In this document: piece by piece, positions 12,889-26,058 of the stretch | Layout of the letters: each line of letters begins with the position of its first letter | How positions within the stretch are numbered: position 1 is the first letter of the stretch | Assembly (NCBI GenBank): GCA_964016885.1 | Contig: OZ024745.1 | Location: forward strand, 33,294,001 to 33,358,000 | Direction: 5' to 3' | DNA: 64,000 bases | Origin: Eledone cirrhosa | Taxonomy: Eukaryota | Position numbers and translations under genes: made by a program | The notes under the pieces: generated by a model | Databases searched by the model: none | Told to the model about the DNA's origin: nothing | What the model saw: the letters and a program-made list of their open reading frames with translations, nothing else

Positions 12889-13100
12889 ATGATGATGATG
12901 ATGATAGTGATGATGATGATGATGACAGTGATGATGATAATGGTGACAATGATGATGATGATGATGGAGATGACGATGGTAGGGATGATGATGATGGTGA
13001 TGAAAATGGCGACAACAATTATGTTAATAATAATTATAATAGTATTAGCGACAATAATGATGTTGATGATGGCAATGATGATGGTATTGATGAGATGATG
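12889..13100. repeat. Imperfect (ATG)n microsatellite just inside intron 29
   Basis: Direct inspection. Confidence 0.95.
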
Positions 13101-13117
13101 CAAATGATAGAAGTTAC

Positions 13118-13210
13118 CTGTAAGACATTCTTTGTTTCAAAACTCTTCACCATAATCTTACACCAGGAGGTATTTATAGACACAAATAACTGACTTTGTT
13201 GTTGAACTTC
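13118..13210 (-). CDS. Dynein heavy chain exon 29
   Basis: EVQQQSQLFVSINTSWCKIM...NVLQ. Confidence 0.9.
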
Positions 13211-13391
13211 CTGAAAATATGAAAGTCATATTAATTCATTGAGAATTCTATAAAGTTGTTGGACATTTTATATGCAACTCCTTAAAATCTACATGCACAC
13301 ACAATGCATTTTTAATTTCAGTTATATTGCTACAATAAATTCACTTTCCAATCACAAGTTCCTCTGCTAATAATAGAAATGTCTTTATTAC

Positions 13392-13752
13392 CTTGTCTGT
13401 AGATGAATTGGAAAAAACTGCTTCCAAATATGTCCAGAGGTTTTGTACATCAATCCACAACTCTAGCACAACACCCAGCTCTTTCAGTTTTTCTGTCCAC
13501 ATGGCCACATCTTGTTGCATTGGAGAAATATATGGCGAAGTCAACATATTTGCTAAAGTAACTTGTGAATCTTCCAGCTGCTCCAACAACCTTTCTATAA
13601 AGCTTTGGTCCAGAGTCACAGAACCAAGTGTTTTATAATTCTGGAAGATTAATTCTTGTTCTGTCCATTCTTCTGCTATTTTAGACATCATCATCTCCAG
13701 TTCCATTTCCTTTATGGATACTTGGCATATTTCAATAATGTCAGGTTTATAA
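13392..13752 (-). CDS. Dynein heavy chain exon 28
   Basis: LEDSQVTLANMLTSPY...WIDVQNLWTYLEAVF, a hallmark of DHC_N2. Confidence 0.97.
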
Positions 13753-13821
13753 CTACAAGAAACATAAGGGTCAATAATAATAGTAATCATAGTTAGGATC
13801 CACTTTATTTTGTAGTGTTAT

Positions 13822-14002
13822 TGGCAGTATCGGTAGAGGGTTGGACGCCATGCTTTGATGCATAGAGTTACGGCCTTTGCCATTCTGAGTTCAAATCCCG
13901 CCTAGGTTTACTTTGCCTTTCATCCTTACGGGATCGATAAAATAAAGTACCAGTAATGCACTGGGATAATTGCTGGCCTTGTTCCAAAAGTAGAAACAAT
14001 TA
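13822..14002 (+). mobile_element. Nin/Deu-domain SINE
   Basis: tRNA-like head (GAGTTCAAATCCC) plus GCCTTTCATCCTTACGGGATCGATAAAATAAAGTACCAG. Confidence 0.75.
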
Positions 14003-14188
14003 TTACTATTAGTATTATTACATATATTTCAGATTGGAGACTTTAAAATTGTCTAATAGATGAGGGTCAGCTGAAATGTCTATAGGCTGACCAAGACACT
14101 CTTATGGAATGACCAAATGAGATTTATTTTTCCACCACCAACAACAACTCTATATTGTGATTTAAGAAGAGGTAAATTAGGTTGTTAC

Positions 14189-14298
14189 CTGGGTAGATTG
14201 ATATTAATGAGATGAGACAGTTTCAGGACAGTTACTTCTAAAGGAAATGTATTCTCTGTGACTGTCATTACTTGCAACCAATGACGATTACGAATTGT
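14189..14298 (-). CDS. Dynein heavy chain exon 27
   Basis: TIRNRHWLQVM contains the conserved RHW motif; not in the ORF track. Confidence 0.95.
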
Positions 14299-15418
14299 CT
14301 ACAGATAGAGAAAGTATTTAATTTTAACTCATTATATTTTGTAAATATGTTTTATTGTAAAAAATACGAATGTAAGAATAACAAAAGAGGTTTGTCAATG
14401 TTCTGTGGCATGAGGGTGAGAATTGTGAGGTGTTCTGAGTTTTTAAAAAAAGAAGAAGAAACTTACAGTTGACATCTATGTAGGTTTAGCTGTCCTCGTC
14501 CTATAAGGTATTTCATATGAGGTATTTCAGGTGTTTGAATGATAGAGGGCCCTAATCATATGAAAACTGTGAAATGACACATCTAGCTTCATTTCCCAGT
14601 TTTTGGTCCAAGAATCAAACCCATGACCTTATGATTAGCAGTCTAACAGCTAAACCACTAGGCCATATGCCTTCATCCTTGATGTTTTGGGTTGTGAAGT
14701 AGTGTGTCAATGTAACTACATTACATCATTGTGTATGTGATGATAGTAGTACACTCACTGAGAAGAAAGAGGCATGGATGTACTACAATGAGAGGTTGGT
14801 GAGTGAGGATAATATGTGAGAGGGATAGGGAGGGACAACATTAAGTAAACCCGACAGAAAGATCAATTATAAGTGAATAAAAAAAGCCATTAATGATATG
14901 ACTGCAGCACAACCCTCTGGGATAATTGGCAAAGTGCAGAAAATATCAGGTGAAGTAAAACACAACACTAGTTAGTACGGTAGTACAGGGAGGTGACCTT
15001 GTCACTGACTGGAATCATAATTGTCAACTGTTGTAAAGGTAAAGGATATGTTATCATCATTACTGTTTTACAGCCATTTTCAATGTTGGCATGGGTTGAA
15101 TGGATCATCAGATTCTGAGACCAGATAGGTCAGATGACCATGTTTTGCTCATATATTTCATTTTGGCATGTTTTCTACAGCTAGATGTCCTTCATAATGC
15201 CAGCCACTTTACAAAGTGCACTGGATGCCTTTTATTATAGTACCAGCACTATTCACTTTACAGAGAGGGCTGGATATATTTTATTGTGGCACCAGTACTG
15301 TCATTTTACAGAATGGGCTGGGTGCATTATATTGAGGTACGAGCACTACCCACTTTACAGAGTGGACTGGGTGCATTATATATAATATAATCAATAAAGT
15401 AATCAATCTATATATTAC

Positions 15419-15550
15419 TTTTGAATGAAGAAGTTTCAAAATTGGAATAGTCTCTTGGTACATTGTAATGGCTGTTTTCAGGTTGTGGTAAGCATTATAA
15501 TCTTGAAGCTTTTCAGATAATAACAGGAAGTCATCCCAAAATGATTCCAC
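15419..15550 (-). CDS. Dynein heavy chain exon 26
   Basis: LQDYNAYHNLKTAI...PILKLLHSK. Confidence 0.9.
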
Positions 15551-15943
15551 CTTTACAAAAGACAAAATATTTCAAGAAAATATTAACTACTCTCTACTCC
15601 ACTCGACTATATTTAACAATGGTTTCCAATGTAAGCATAATGACAGAAATTTGGGTGGGAAAGACAGTCAATTATACTGGCTCCAGTGCTCGACTGCTAC
15701 TTTATTTTATCAACCGCCAAAAAGATGAAAAGGCAAAGTTGATCTTAGTGGGATTTGAACTCAAAATGAAAAGAGCTGTAATTAAATATGACAATGTATT
15801 TTGTCTGACAGTTTAGCAATTCTGTCAACTAGATAGAAATTCTGAGCTTAATAATGAGAAAATTATCTTACTAAATCCCTTCAAATTCTTGCCTATTTGC
15901 TAAGTGATTAGAACATTCCAGGCAGTCTCTTTCAACAGAAATA

Positions 15944-16210
15944 CAGTGGAACCGTGGTTCATGAACGCTTCTCATCATGAGCAAATCTGTTCACAAACAA
16001 TTTTCCTGAACATAAAACGGCTGGGAGTATCGGCAGGAAAGCACCCTTTGCTATGTAGTTAGTTACTATGGTGATATCTATCTGTCTTTCACACACATTC
16101 TCTCTCTCTCTCACAGTATTTCTCTCTCTACATTTCATATGAGAAAAATAGTTTCAGTTTATGAATGGCCTTCAGGAACGAATTAAGTTTGTGAACTGAG
16201 GTTCCACTAT
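15944..16210. mobile_element. Pogo/Tigger-like MITE
   Basis: TA-CAGTGGAACC...GGTTCCACTA-TA imperfect TIRs. Confidence 0.65.
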
Positions 16211-16283
16211 ATTGTAATGAAAGCCTTAAATTTAGAATAACTTTAACGATGTAAAACAAGGGAAATATTTAAGCACAACTTAC

Positions 16284-16397
16284 CATTTCTACAGCAGTTC
16301 TGAAATCAACTTCAGACCACAAGGTGTTCTGATATTCATCATCAAATTGAATAAACCTCATGAAGAGGTCATATAAGGAATCCACCATCTTCAGATC
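16284..16397 (-). CDS. Dynein heavy chain exon 25 (start of DHC_N2)
   Basis: DLKMVDSLYDLF...TLWSEVDF; AG/GT. Confidence 0.95.
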
Positions 16398-16594
16398 CTG
16401 TAAAAGATAAGAAACTGATAATTTAGATATAGCAAACTATGTGAGCAAATGTATTAAACACTTGTGTATATGTGTATATGGTTAAGAAGTTTACTTCACA
16501 ATTATGTAATACAGGGCCTGGTTTTGATGCCACTTTACAGGGTGGGATGGGTGCTATTTGTTGTGTCACCAACATGACCATCTTTCAGTGTAGG

Positions 16595-16819
16595 TTAACC
16601 CTTTAGCATTTAAATTGGCTGTATCCAGCCAGAATTCTTTCACCTCTTTCTGTTCAAACTGGCTGTAACTGGCCACTCATACTGATGTTAAGGTATTGTT
16701 ACCAACATAATAATATCAAAATCTCATAGATTCGATATTATGTGAGATAATGTAAGATAAAGTCTTTACCATAAAAATACAATAGTATATTTAGAGTAAT
16801 GTAAATGCTAAAGGGTTAA
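16595..16819. mobile_element. piggyBac-like MITE
   Basis: TTAA-CCCTTTAGCATTTA ... TAAATGCTAAAGGG-TTAA. Confidence 0.8.
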
Positions 16820-17614
16820 AACTCTATAGATATGTTCTATAGAACAGTAAAGCATTGAAATAAAACATTGTTAATGTACCAGTGTTTCTTTACATTTATC
16901 TTTATTTTAACTTTTAATATCTTGTAATAATTTAGCAGAAAATATCTTTAATCTTTTCAAAAGTAACATGCCTGAAACTGCCCTGGTTTTATGATACACG
17001 CATTTTAGAATTAAAGCCTTCCATCGTTTTTATGTTTATTTTTTCATCCTTCATTGGGTTAGACGGGTCCTTTTTAGTACAGCATCTCTTCACTTGCCGT
17101 CTTCCTTCATTATCACCTCTGTGAGTCCCAGCAATTTGAGATCAGTTGTCACCCCCTCAGCCCAGGTCTTTCTTGGTCTACCTCAACTACAGCTTCCCTC
17201 CACTGGGATTTCCTGGCACTTCTTCACCCAGAGATCATCATCCATGCACACCACATGTTCATATCAATGCAGTGACATTTTTTATTAAGTAATGTTTCAA
17301 ACAGCTTACTAATGAAAAGGTTACTTATTAAATTCATCAAATTTCCAAAATTAATTGATATACATAAGCAATGTATTTCATTAGAAATATGGTAACCAAA
17401 GGGTAAAAAAACAAGTTTGTTAATTCAAATGCTTATAAGTATCTTTAATAAGTGGCAGATCATTGTGAAAATTTGCAGTATTAGAGTAAAGACTAATTTT
17501 TGATAAGATGCAGTCATAGTGCAGTTTTGTACTTTTCAAGAATGTTTTGTTAATGTGGTTTCATGTGGTATTGGACATTAAGTGTTAAGAATAAATCACA
17601 AAATCTTATCTTAC

Positions 17615-17827
17615 CTCTTCAGTTTGATCAAGTTCTGTAAATGTATTAATGGTCACTCCAAACGTTTTAGATGCACTTTCAAGTATCTTTCTTTCCTTCT
17701 TCAGATTTAAACATTCCCCTTGAAATCGTTTTAATCTCTCTACAGCTTCTTCAAGACTTGAATCTGGGATATTAGGGCCTTCTCCCTCAAAAGAATTTCT
17801 GAACTGCATTACTTTAACAACGAATGC
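17615..17827 (-). CDS. Dynein heavy chain exon 24
   Basis: F...GEGPNIPDSSLEEAVERLKRFQ...FG (cf. GPM...EASDRLxxFQ of DNAH5-type chains). Confidence 0.95.
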
Positions 17828-17970
17828 CTGAAAATAATAGGTACACACACACAGTTCTAGTCCTGTAGAAGCCATTTCTATATTAAATATATATATATAT
17901 AATGGGGCTAACTAACTAGGGATGTGTAGACCACATTTTAGTTGGTCAGCTGTGATGCAGATAAAAGGAA

Positions 17971-19163
17971 GCACTCAATGACCTGTATAATGGTACAAGC
18001 CAGAGAATTATATAGCATTAAAAAGCTTGGAGGCCATATGTAGTTGATTTAGGTTTATTTATATCCCCATGATAAATATTTTGCTGAGGAACATGGCTAG
18101 ATAGTGTTCATCCTTTTTTATACCTTGCTGTTTCTTTTATTATACTGTGCCTTTCTGACCATACCTTAATTCACTGTAACTTAACTTATCTCTAATTTAA
18201 CTTCATCTGTCTCGTATTTATTTTAAGTTACCTTGAATCAGCCTACACTATTTAATTGTTTACAGCACTACCTAATACCTGTTAGACATGTTGGTCCCGA
18301 GACCTCGATCAGTTTCACTGCTGTATAAGGCAAGCTGCGGGAACATTCCTACTGCACCCCGCTGGACATTCCTCATATATCAAAATATTTCACTCTGCCG
18401 TCCCACTCATCGAGTGCATGAGTCCCCGTGAAGGGGGTGGGGGTGGGTTTCGAACATCTGGATGTAATCTGTTGAGCTATGGTTAAACGTGGAACTATCA
18501 AGGGGTATGGCTATTACACTTAACATTTTTAGCCCAGTTAAACCGTAACTAAATAACAACTATGTTATATATGCTATATACTTTAGTTTATTGTTAAAAT
18601 ATACCAGTGTCTATTTTAAATACATTTATTTCATTTTAATTAATTTTGTTTTCTTCTTGTTTTTGTTTATAATATTCTAACCCCTCATTCACAGTTATCC
18701 CTTCCTGCCTCATATAACCTTAATGGTGTGGGGGTGTTGCAGACAAAGGGTACCACTGGGTTGGGAGGAGATGGTTGTCACTACTACTATAACAACCATG
18801 CCAGGAAAGGTTGAGTGAGAGTTGGGCTACTTGCAGAATTTGTCCCTACAATGATGACTTGCTATTTTCGAAATTTGGAGGTAGTGACGAAGGACGAAGG
18901 TCATAGAGGGCCCAGCTGGCATTGAAACAACATCAATACATTCTGCTGTCTCCTGTATCATGAATGCAAAAAAAGATTTTTAAGGATGTTTTTGAAATTT
19001 TTTTGAAGAATTTAATATTTTAAAGATTTGAAAGGTTTTTATACCAGAGGCTATCGTAATTCGTAGAATGAACACTATCTAGATGTGCTCCTCAGTGAAA
19101 TATGTATCACGGAAATATAAATAAACCTAAATCAACTACACATGGCCCTAGATCTTTTTAATG
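17971..19163. mobile_element. About 1.1-kb fold-back element, probable Penelope pLTR remnant
   Basis: Imperfect ~95-bp inverted arms (~18016-18110 and ~19068-19163) containing CTGAGGA; GCACTCAA tail at 17971. Confidence 0.55.
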
Positions 19164-19352
19164 TAAAACTCGGTCATCTGATTTGGCATGTGAGATAAGC
19201 CAAATCAAATGACTGCATTTTGCTCATATAGAACTGATTTGGACTTGGTTTCTATGGTTGGATGCCCATTTACAGTGTGCATGGGTGCTTTTTATTGTGC
19301 CATTATTACAGTGCGGACTGGGGAACATTATGTATGAATTTCTGTGATTTAC

Positions 19353-19509
19353 CATGTTTTCACGCTGAATATCCTGCTCAAATGTCAGCCGTTTATCTGT
19401 AAAAAGATATTTTTCAGTTGCTTCAGCTAATTCCGTGACATGATTCCAATTGTTTCGTAATTCTTCAACTTCTTTGATTTCAGATCGAGGGAGGGGTATA
19501 CAATATTTC
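19353..19509 (-). CDS. Dynein heavy chain exon 23
   Basis: KYCIPLPRSEIKEVEELRNNW...; AAG acceptor, GT donor; phase 2 to 0. Confidence 0.9.
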
Positions 19510-19861
19510 CTTCAAATAAAAATTTTCTTTTCATTAATGAAAAAAAAAAAAAAAAAAATCTATATCTAAAAGTGGTTTAGAATTAAAAAGAACAAGACCA
19601 AGCAATTGCTATATAGGAGGTTCCTAATGCAAGTGTTTTAAAGAAAGGGAGTGTTGGGATCTATTTGGCAACTATTCACCCAACAATACATTACAAACAC
19701 AAGCTCACACATGTACTGTTTACTCTCTCAGCCATTTCTAATGTTACTATTATAATAGCTTCTATTTCTCTGAAATAGCCAACTCCATACACTTGTCTTA
19801 CAGATCCACTTGATCCATACATCTCTCCATAATCACACCCACTGTGTGTCATCTTCTAATC

Positions 19862-20010
19862 CAGTGGTTCCCAATGTGGGTTCCCCAAAGGAGTGTCTGG
19901 GGTTCTGTGAAGAGTATATTTATATTATGACCATTATAAGACTTTGTGGTTGCTCCAAAAGTTTCCAAACCAAAAAGGGTTCTGCATTTGAAAAAGTTTG
20001 GAAAACCCTG
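19862..20010. mobile_element. hAT/Charlie-like MITE
   Basis: CAGTGGTTCCCAA...TTGGAAAACCCTG TIRs; 8-bp flanks TTCTAATC / TTCTAGAT. Confidence 0.75.
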
Positions 20011-20498
20011 TTCTAGATGCACTAAATACTTCATCACTGCAACCCTCTGGAGTTCATTCCATGTTTATGATTTACCTGCAAACAATAAAGTAGTTGGTGC
20101 CTTAGTGAAGCACAGACAGGATTGTACTTACCAAAGTAGTAATGGAAGAATTATGAACTAAATGTACAAGGGTATAGGAATAGTCCTATATTAGAACAAC
20201 AACAAAAATGATCAAGCAAAGAATCAATGATGGTGAAACCTCATCTAAACAATAAACATTTATATCCAACACAATTGATAGTACTAACCCTTTTGTTACC
20301 GTATTTCTAATGAAAGACACCCTTTTATTTTAAAATCATTTTGAAAATAATGAAGAATTTTGAGGGATTTAATAAAATAACTAATAATTACATAAAATTA
20401 TGATAGAAGGCTTTCAAATAAATATAACCTCCATAGAATAAACAATTTAGTATTTTAGAATCAGCAGTGGTCCAGACAGTTTAGTATCAACTACTTAC

Positions 20499-20674
20499 AT
20501 CAGTGTGTTGTATATCTGTTCAATTGGTAAATAAATTTGGTCAATTTTGTTCTGCATATCTCTTATCTGATGCAAGATATACAATATATTATTCAGTTGT
20601 TCCAGTGTTTCAACTGGAATACCGAGGATCTCAAAAACCTGTTTTCTGTAACTGCAGGCTGACTTCAACATGTT
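20499..20674 (-). CDS. Dynein heavy chain exon 22
   Basis: PVETLEQL...IRDMQNKIDQIYLPIEQIYNTL (cf. PIEExY). Confidence 0.95.
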
Positions 20675-21731
20675 CTGAGGAAGAAGTAGAGAAATATATA
20701 TATATATATATATCTTACAATTTTTTTTCTTAATGATAAGAATGATAATAGAGGAAAATGGTAGTAGTCATTAGAATAAATATTATTACTATTATTATTA
20801 TATTTATTATTATTATGGAGGAATTGTTAAAATATTGCAGTAGTTATGGCTCTTTACATTCTAAGTTCAAATCCCACTGGGGGTCAACTGTGCCTTTCAT
20901 CCATCTAGGCTTGATAAAATAAAGTCCTTGTTAAGTACTGAAAGAAAGTAAAGAAAGAGCCATTAATCTTCTGATGGAGTTGTAGGGCAGCTGTCCTGAT
21001 ACACAACATGTCTTGGACATATTAAATCTGATGGAGCTTAACCCTCACCAGCCCTGAACATAGTCAATTTCTTCCAGAAAAGGAGAGGGTGTAAATAGAT
21101 TCTAGTACTAGGCTGGTACTTTATCAATCTCAAAAGAAGAGAGCCTCATCTGGATTAGAACTCAGATTGCAGTGAAATGTAATGAATACCATAAAGTATT
21201 CAATGTTTTAACAGTTTTGCCAATTTGCCATCTTGTTAAGTACTGGGGTCAATCTAATTGACTGTTATCTTCCTACAAAAATTTCTGTTAGTATCCCCAA
21301 AGACTGGGTGTTTGGTTTTTCTTGTACCACATTCCTGGCAATAGGATCTATTAATTTCCTTTCAGAAATTATAGTTACAGCAGTAGGATACTTCTTGAAA
21401 TACTGTTCACACTTTCATCGCCATCATTTTTACATATTTTCCATGCTGGCATGAGTTGGACAGGACATTTTCAGGCAGTGTTTTACATCCTGATACCCTT
21501 CCTGATGCCGACTCTTCTAGGTGCCTTGTATGACATGCTAGAATATAGTGTACTTATTCAAAAAAGCAGTCTGATAAAAAGAAGAGAGAGGGTAGTCATG
21601 GCTGGAACACTTTTGCACAAGGTCTGCTGGATCTGGACTCACCTAGGGCTGAACAATATCAACTGACCTCCTAAAAGCTAAATAAGCATAAATAAGTCTA
21701 ATGATTTTATAATAGAGAGAAACGTTCTTAC

Positions 21732-22024
21732 ATAAGCATCTGTGTGTAAAACTGAAGCAAAGAGGGTTTTCCAACTAAGAAGAAGAGCTTGAAGGGATTG
21801 TTTCACAGGGTCAGTCTTTACAGATAACAGCCCTATCTCCATTATTTTGGGAATTCTTTCTAGTTCCTCTTCTATTGCGATAAATTCTTCAATTTTGTTC
21901 TGAATTTCAGTTTTACTTGGCTTTGTAGTTAAGAATACATCGAAAGTTTTGAAACGGTTCCTCGTCCAGAGAAAATCAAATCTGTTTAAAATTTGAATAT
22001 ATTTTCTCTCAAGGCCTTCATTGG
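21732..22024 (-). CDS. Dynein heavy chain exon 21
   Basis: RFDFLW...FLTTKP...IGLLSVKTDPVKQSL...WK; phase 1 to 0. Confidence 0.95.
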
Positions 22025-23452
22025 CTGAAGGAAAATATAAAATAAAATTTGAAATTTGTAAAAAAAACAACAAAATACTTATGGACATATCATCTGTCAC
22101 TCTAACGTTTTGCCACTGCCTGCTCCTTTAAAACCAGGGCCTATAGGAAGTGGGTTCAGCTAGTATTGGGTTGGAAACAAAGTTCCACATACAACTTTGT
22201 ATATCGTTCTTGATAAATGTAGTGCAGGAACTTTGTTTCTAACTCAAAACATTGATCCAGAGCCTGAAAAACTATGGTGCTCCTCACTTCTCTTAAATGT
22301 CTAATGCTCCCCACTTCAAGAAAATCCTAACAGCCTCTTTAAATTTTGAGAAGAGTTTCCTCCACCCACCACTGAGCTTTGAATGCAGTTGTAAAACTTC
22401 CCTCTGAGGTCCTGTTTAAAACCATAACAATAATAACATTAACTCTTATAATAGTTATTATAACTGCTACTTTATCTTGGCTTATATCCAGCATTGGTGA
22501 AACTAGAACCATGCTGGTTAGTTTAACTTCACTATTTCTAATGAAAGACACCACTTATAATTTTCAAATCATTCTGACAATAAACTACAATTTTGTGGAT
22601 TTAGTGATTTAACTAACTTTGTTATTATTAAGCTGGTATTTAAATCATAACTTAACAAAAATTCTTGCATAAAATTATGATGGAACATTTTCAGATAAAT
22701 ATAAATACTTTAAAATAGATAATTATGTACTATGGAACCACGGGTGGTTTCAGGCAGTTTGGTATCCAAAAAGTTAAATCCAGAGCCTGGAGAACAAAGG
22801 TGTCCCCTCTTCATGGATGTCTGATACTTCCTCTATTTAAAAAAAAAAAATCCATTTTACCCTTTAGCATTTACATTACTCTATACTATTATATTTTCAT
22901 GGTAAAGACTTTATTTCATGGTTAGAAAGTCTTAGGAGAGAATCGCTGGACAGTTGATATTATCTATTTTGAGGACAATACCTTATCGTATGAGTGGCCA
23001 ATTGCAGCCAGTTTTCACAGAAAGAGGTGAGAAAATTCTGGCCGGATACAGCCGGTTTAAATCTCCTTGGATTTTGAAAGATTTTGCAGCCAAATCCATG
23101 CTAGTTATTTAAACCCTTTTAATACTATATACATGAAAACAGGCCACTGGTTCTGTGATACAAAAGTGTTTGTTTTAAAGTAATCATAATTATATTTGAA
23201 TCTTTCAGCATAATTTTATGTAAGAATATCTTATGATCCAAACAACGGCTTTATAATGTCAAAATACTAACTATTTTATTAAATTCCTCTAAATTCTTGA
23301 TTATTTTCAAAATTGATTGAAATACATAGGCAGTGGAAACTTTATTTTATTGGTTTCAAAAGAATGAAAGGCAAATTTGATTTATGCTCAAATGCCTCAG
23401 CCAAGAAACTCACAACAAAGTTTTACTGAGAAGATCAAACTACTTTACTTAC

Positions 23453-23554
23453 CTGATAGGGATTTCTCAATAGCTTTGATAACATCATGGATTTTCTTAC
23501 TGTTCTGTATCTTTGTATGGAAGTAATTATCAAATATATCATTCAAAGAGATTC
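23453..23554 (-). CDS. Dynein heavy chain exon 20
   Basis: GISLND...FHTKIQNSKKIHDVIKAIEKSLS|gtaagt; phase 1 to 1. Confidence 0.85.
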
Positions 23555-24099
23555 CTGAAGTGGACAGAAATCATAGATAAGAACTGTTTATATATGATTT
23601 AGGTTAGTCCATTTATAATATAGCTTCTTGTAGGTAATCATGAACATTCATCATATATTTTAGCCAGTATAAGACAGTATAATATGACATTACACCCGTG
23701 AGATCAGTGGTTCCAATTAAGTACAGACTTGGTTTATGATGACCTGTCCATGGGTGTTAAATGATGATGATGATGATTACACCTGTCTATACATAGTCAT
23801 CATCATTATCATTATCATCACCATTTAATGTCCATTATCCATGATAGCACGGGTTAGATGACTTGTCTTGTTGTGAGACAAGTCAGATGAAGTGTCCATG
23901 TCTTGCTCACACAGAACTGTATCTGGCTTAATTTCTACAGAAACCAGACAATGATCAATGTAAAATAAAACACTATGTGAAACTGAGGTAAGCTCCAGTA
24001 TGATGCACCTCTAGCTTGAGAAATACATTTAAAAAAGTGGAATAAATATAAGAGATATTAAATAAATAAAAAAAAATGAAAATGGAAACACTCGCTAAC

Positions 24100-24212
24100 C
24101 TTTACTAATATCTCTGATCTTCAAAGCAATATTTCTAATTACATTGCTAACGACTGTTACAGGTGGGTCCAGAGTGAATTCAGATGTGTTATAAACAAGA
24201 ACACTTTGGATA
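24100..24212 (-). CDS. Dynein heavy chain exon 19
   Basis: IQSVLVYNTSEFTLDPPV...IRDISK; phase 2 to 1. Confidence 0.85.
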
Positions 24213-24324
24213 CTGAAATATGAAATTAGGTATATCAATAAGCTATGAAATTTTATAATACACTAATAAATGTCAAAATCAACAAGTGTTTTAAAGATTT
24301 TAATACTAACTCATCCAAAAACCA

Positions 24325-24601
24325 GTGGCGGCACATGGCCTAGTGGTAAGGATGTTGGACTTATGATTATAATGTTGTTGGTTTGATTCCTGGACTGTGT
24401 TGTGTTCTTGAGCAAAACACTTCATTTCACATTGCTACAGTATACTCAGCTGAAAATGAGTACCAGCAATAGCTGGGGTTTAACCCTCCGATGGACCGGT
24501 GCCCTATCAAAGGAGAAGCCTTGTACTATCCGACGCTTCATGTTATCGAAACTGGCAGAAGCACTGGCCTGATGAGCCTCCAGGCTTGAGACAGACTTTA
24601 G
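24325..24601 (+). mobile_element. tRNA-derived SINE (second subfamily)
   Basis: TGGCCTAGTGG A box, TTCTTGAGCAAAACACTT middle, GAGACAGACTTT end; copies at 39828-40052(-), 42319-42600(-), 51014-51275(+). Confidence 0.8.
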
Positions 24602-24673
24602 ACTGCTCCTTGAAGCTGGTTATTCTTGTCCCAGTTCCACTCAGGAATTTCTGGTTCATACAACATTAATTAC

Positions 24674-26058
24674 AAATACCAAATTGACTAATGACAGGAA
24701 ATATCCCTGGATTTACTATGAATACCAAATTCACTTTTGACAGGAAATGTCCTTGGACTTGCTGTAAATATCAAATTGACTAGTGACAGGAAATATCCCT
24801 GGACTTGCTGTAAATACCAAATTGACTAGTGACAGGAAATGTCCTTGGACTTACTATGAATACCAAATTGACTAGTGACAGGAAATATCCCTGGACATGC
24901 TGTAAATACCAAATTGACTAGTGACAGGAAATGTCCTTGGACTTACTATGAATACCAAATTGACTAGTGACAGGAAATGTCCTTGGACTTACTATGAATA
25001 CCAAATTGACTAGTGACAGGAAATGTCCCTGGACTTGCTGTAAATACCAAATTGACTAGTGACAGGAAATATCCCTGGACTTGCTGTAAATACCAAATTG
25101 ACTAGTGACAGGAAATGTCCTTGGACTTGCTGTAAATACCAAATTGACTAGAGACAGGAAATGTCCCTGGACTTGCTGTAAATACCAAATTGACTAGAGA
25201 CAGGAAATATCCCTGGACTTGCTGTAAATACCAAATTGACTAGTGACAGGAAATGTCCTTGGACTTGCTGTAAATACCAAATTGACTAGTGACAGGAAAT
25301 GTCCTTGGACTTGCTGTAAATACCAAATTGACTAGAGACAGGAAATGTCCCTGGACTTGCTGTAAATACCAAATTGACTAGTGACAGGAAATATCCCTGG
25401 ACTTGCTGTAAATACCAAATTGACTAGAGACAGGAAATGTCCCTGGACTTGCTGTAAATACCAAATTGACTAGAGACAGGAAATGTCCCTGGACTTGCTG
25501 TAAATACCAAATTGACTAGAGACAGGAAATGTCCCTGGACTTGTTGTAAATACCAAATTGACTAGAGACAGGAAATGTCCCTGGACTTGCTGTAAATACC
25601 AAATTGACTAGTGACAGGAAATATCCCTGGACTTGCTGTAAATACCAAATTGACTAGAGACAGGAAATGTCCCTGGACTTGCTGTAAATACCAAATTGAC
25701 TAGAGACAGGAAATGTCCCTGGACTTGTTGTAAATACCAAATTGACTAGAGACAGGAAATGTCCCTGGACTTGCTGTAAATACCAAATTGACTAGAGACA
25801 GGAAATGTCCCTGGACTTGCTGTAAATACCAAATTGACTAGAGACAGGAAATGTCCCTGGACTTGCTGTAAATACCAAATTGACTAGAGACAGGAAATGT
25901 CCCTGGACTTGCTGTAAATACCAAATTGACTAGAGACAGGAAATGTCCCTGGACTTGCTGTAAATACCAAATTGACTAGAGACAGGAAATGTCCCTGGAC
26001 TTGTTGTAAATACCAAATTGACTAGTGACAGGAAATATCCCTGGACTTACTGTAAATA
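24674..26058. repeat. 46-bp minisatellite, about 30 copies
   Basis: Unit CCAAATTGACTAG(A/T)GACAGGAAAT(G/A)TCC(C/T)TGGACTTGCTGTAAATA; last unit overlaps the exon 18 donor. Confidence 0.97.

Noticed and set aside
12831-13103. Poly-Met and poly-Ile ORFs
   Set aside because: (ATG)n microsatellite
14461-14506. AG...GTAAGT micro-exon candidate between exons 26 and 27
   Set aside because: In-frame stop in the required phase; exons 26 and 27 already join collinearly
24566-24600. CTGATGAGCCTCCAGGCTTGAGAC in a SINE tail as a hammerhead
   Set aside because: No GAAA in register; other SINE copies do not conserve the core
24674-26058. CRISPR-like appearance of the regular repeat
   Set aside because: Contiguous tandem units with no unique spacers, eukaryotic intron, no cas genes
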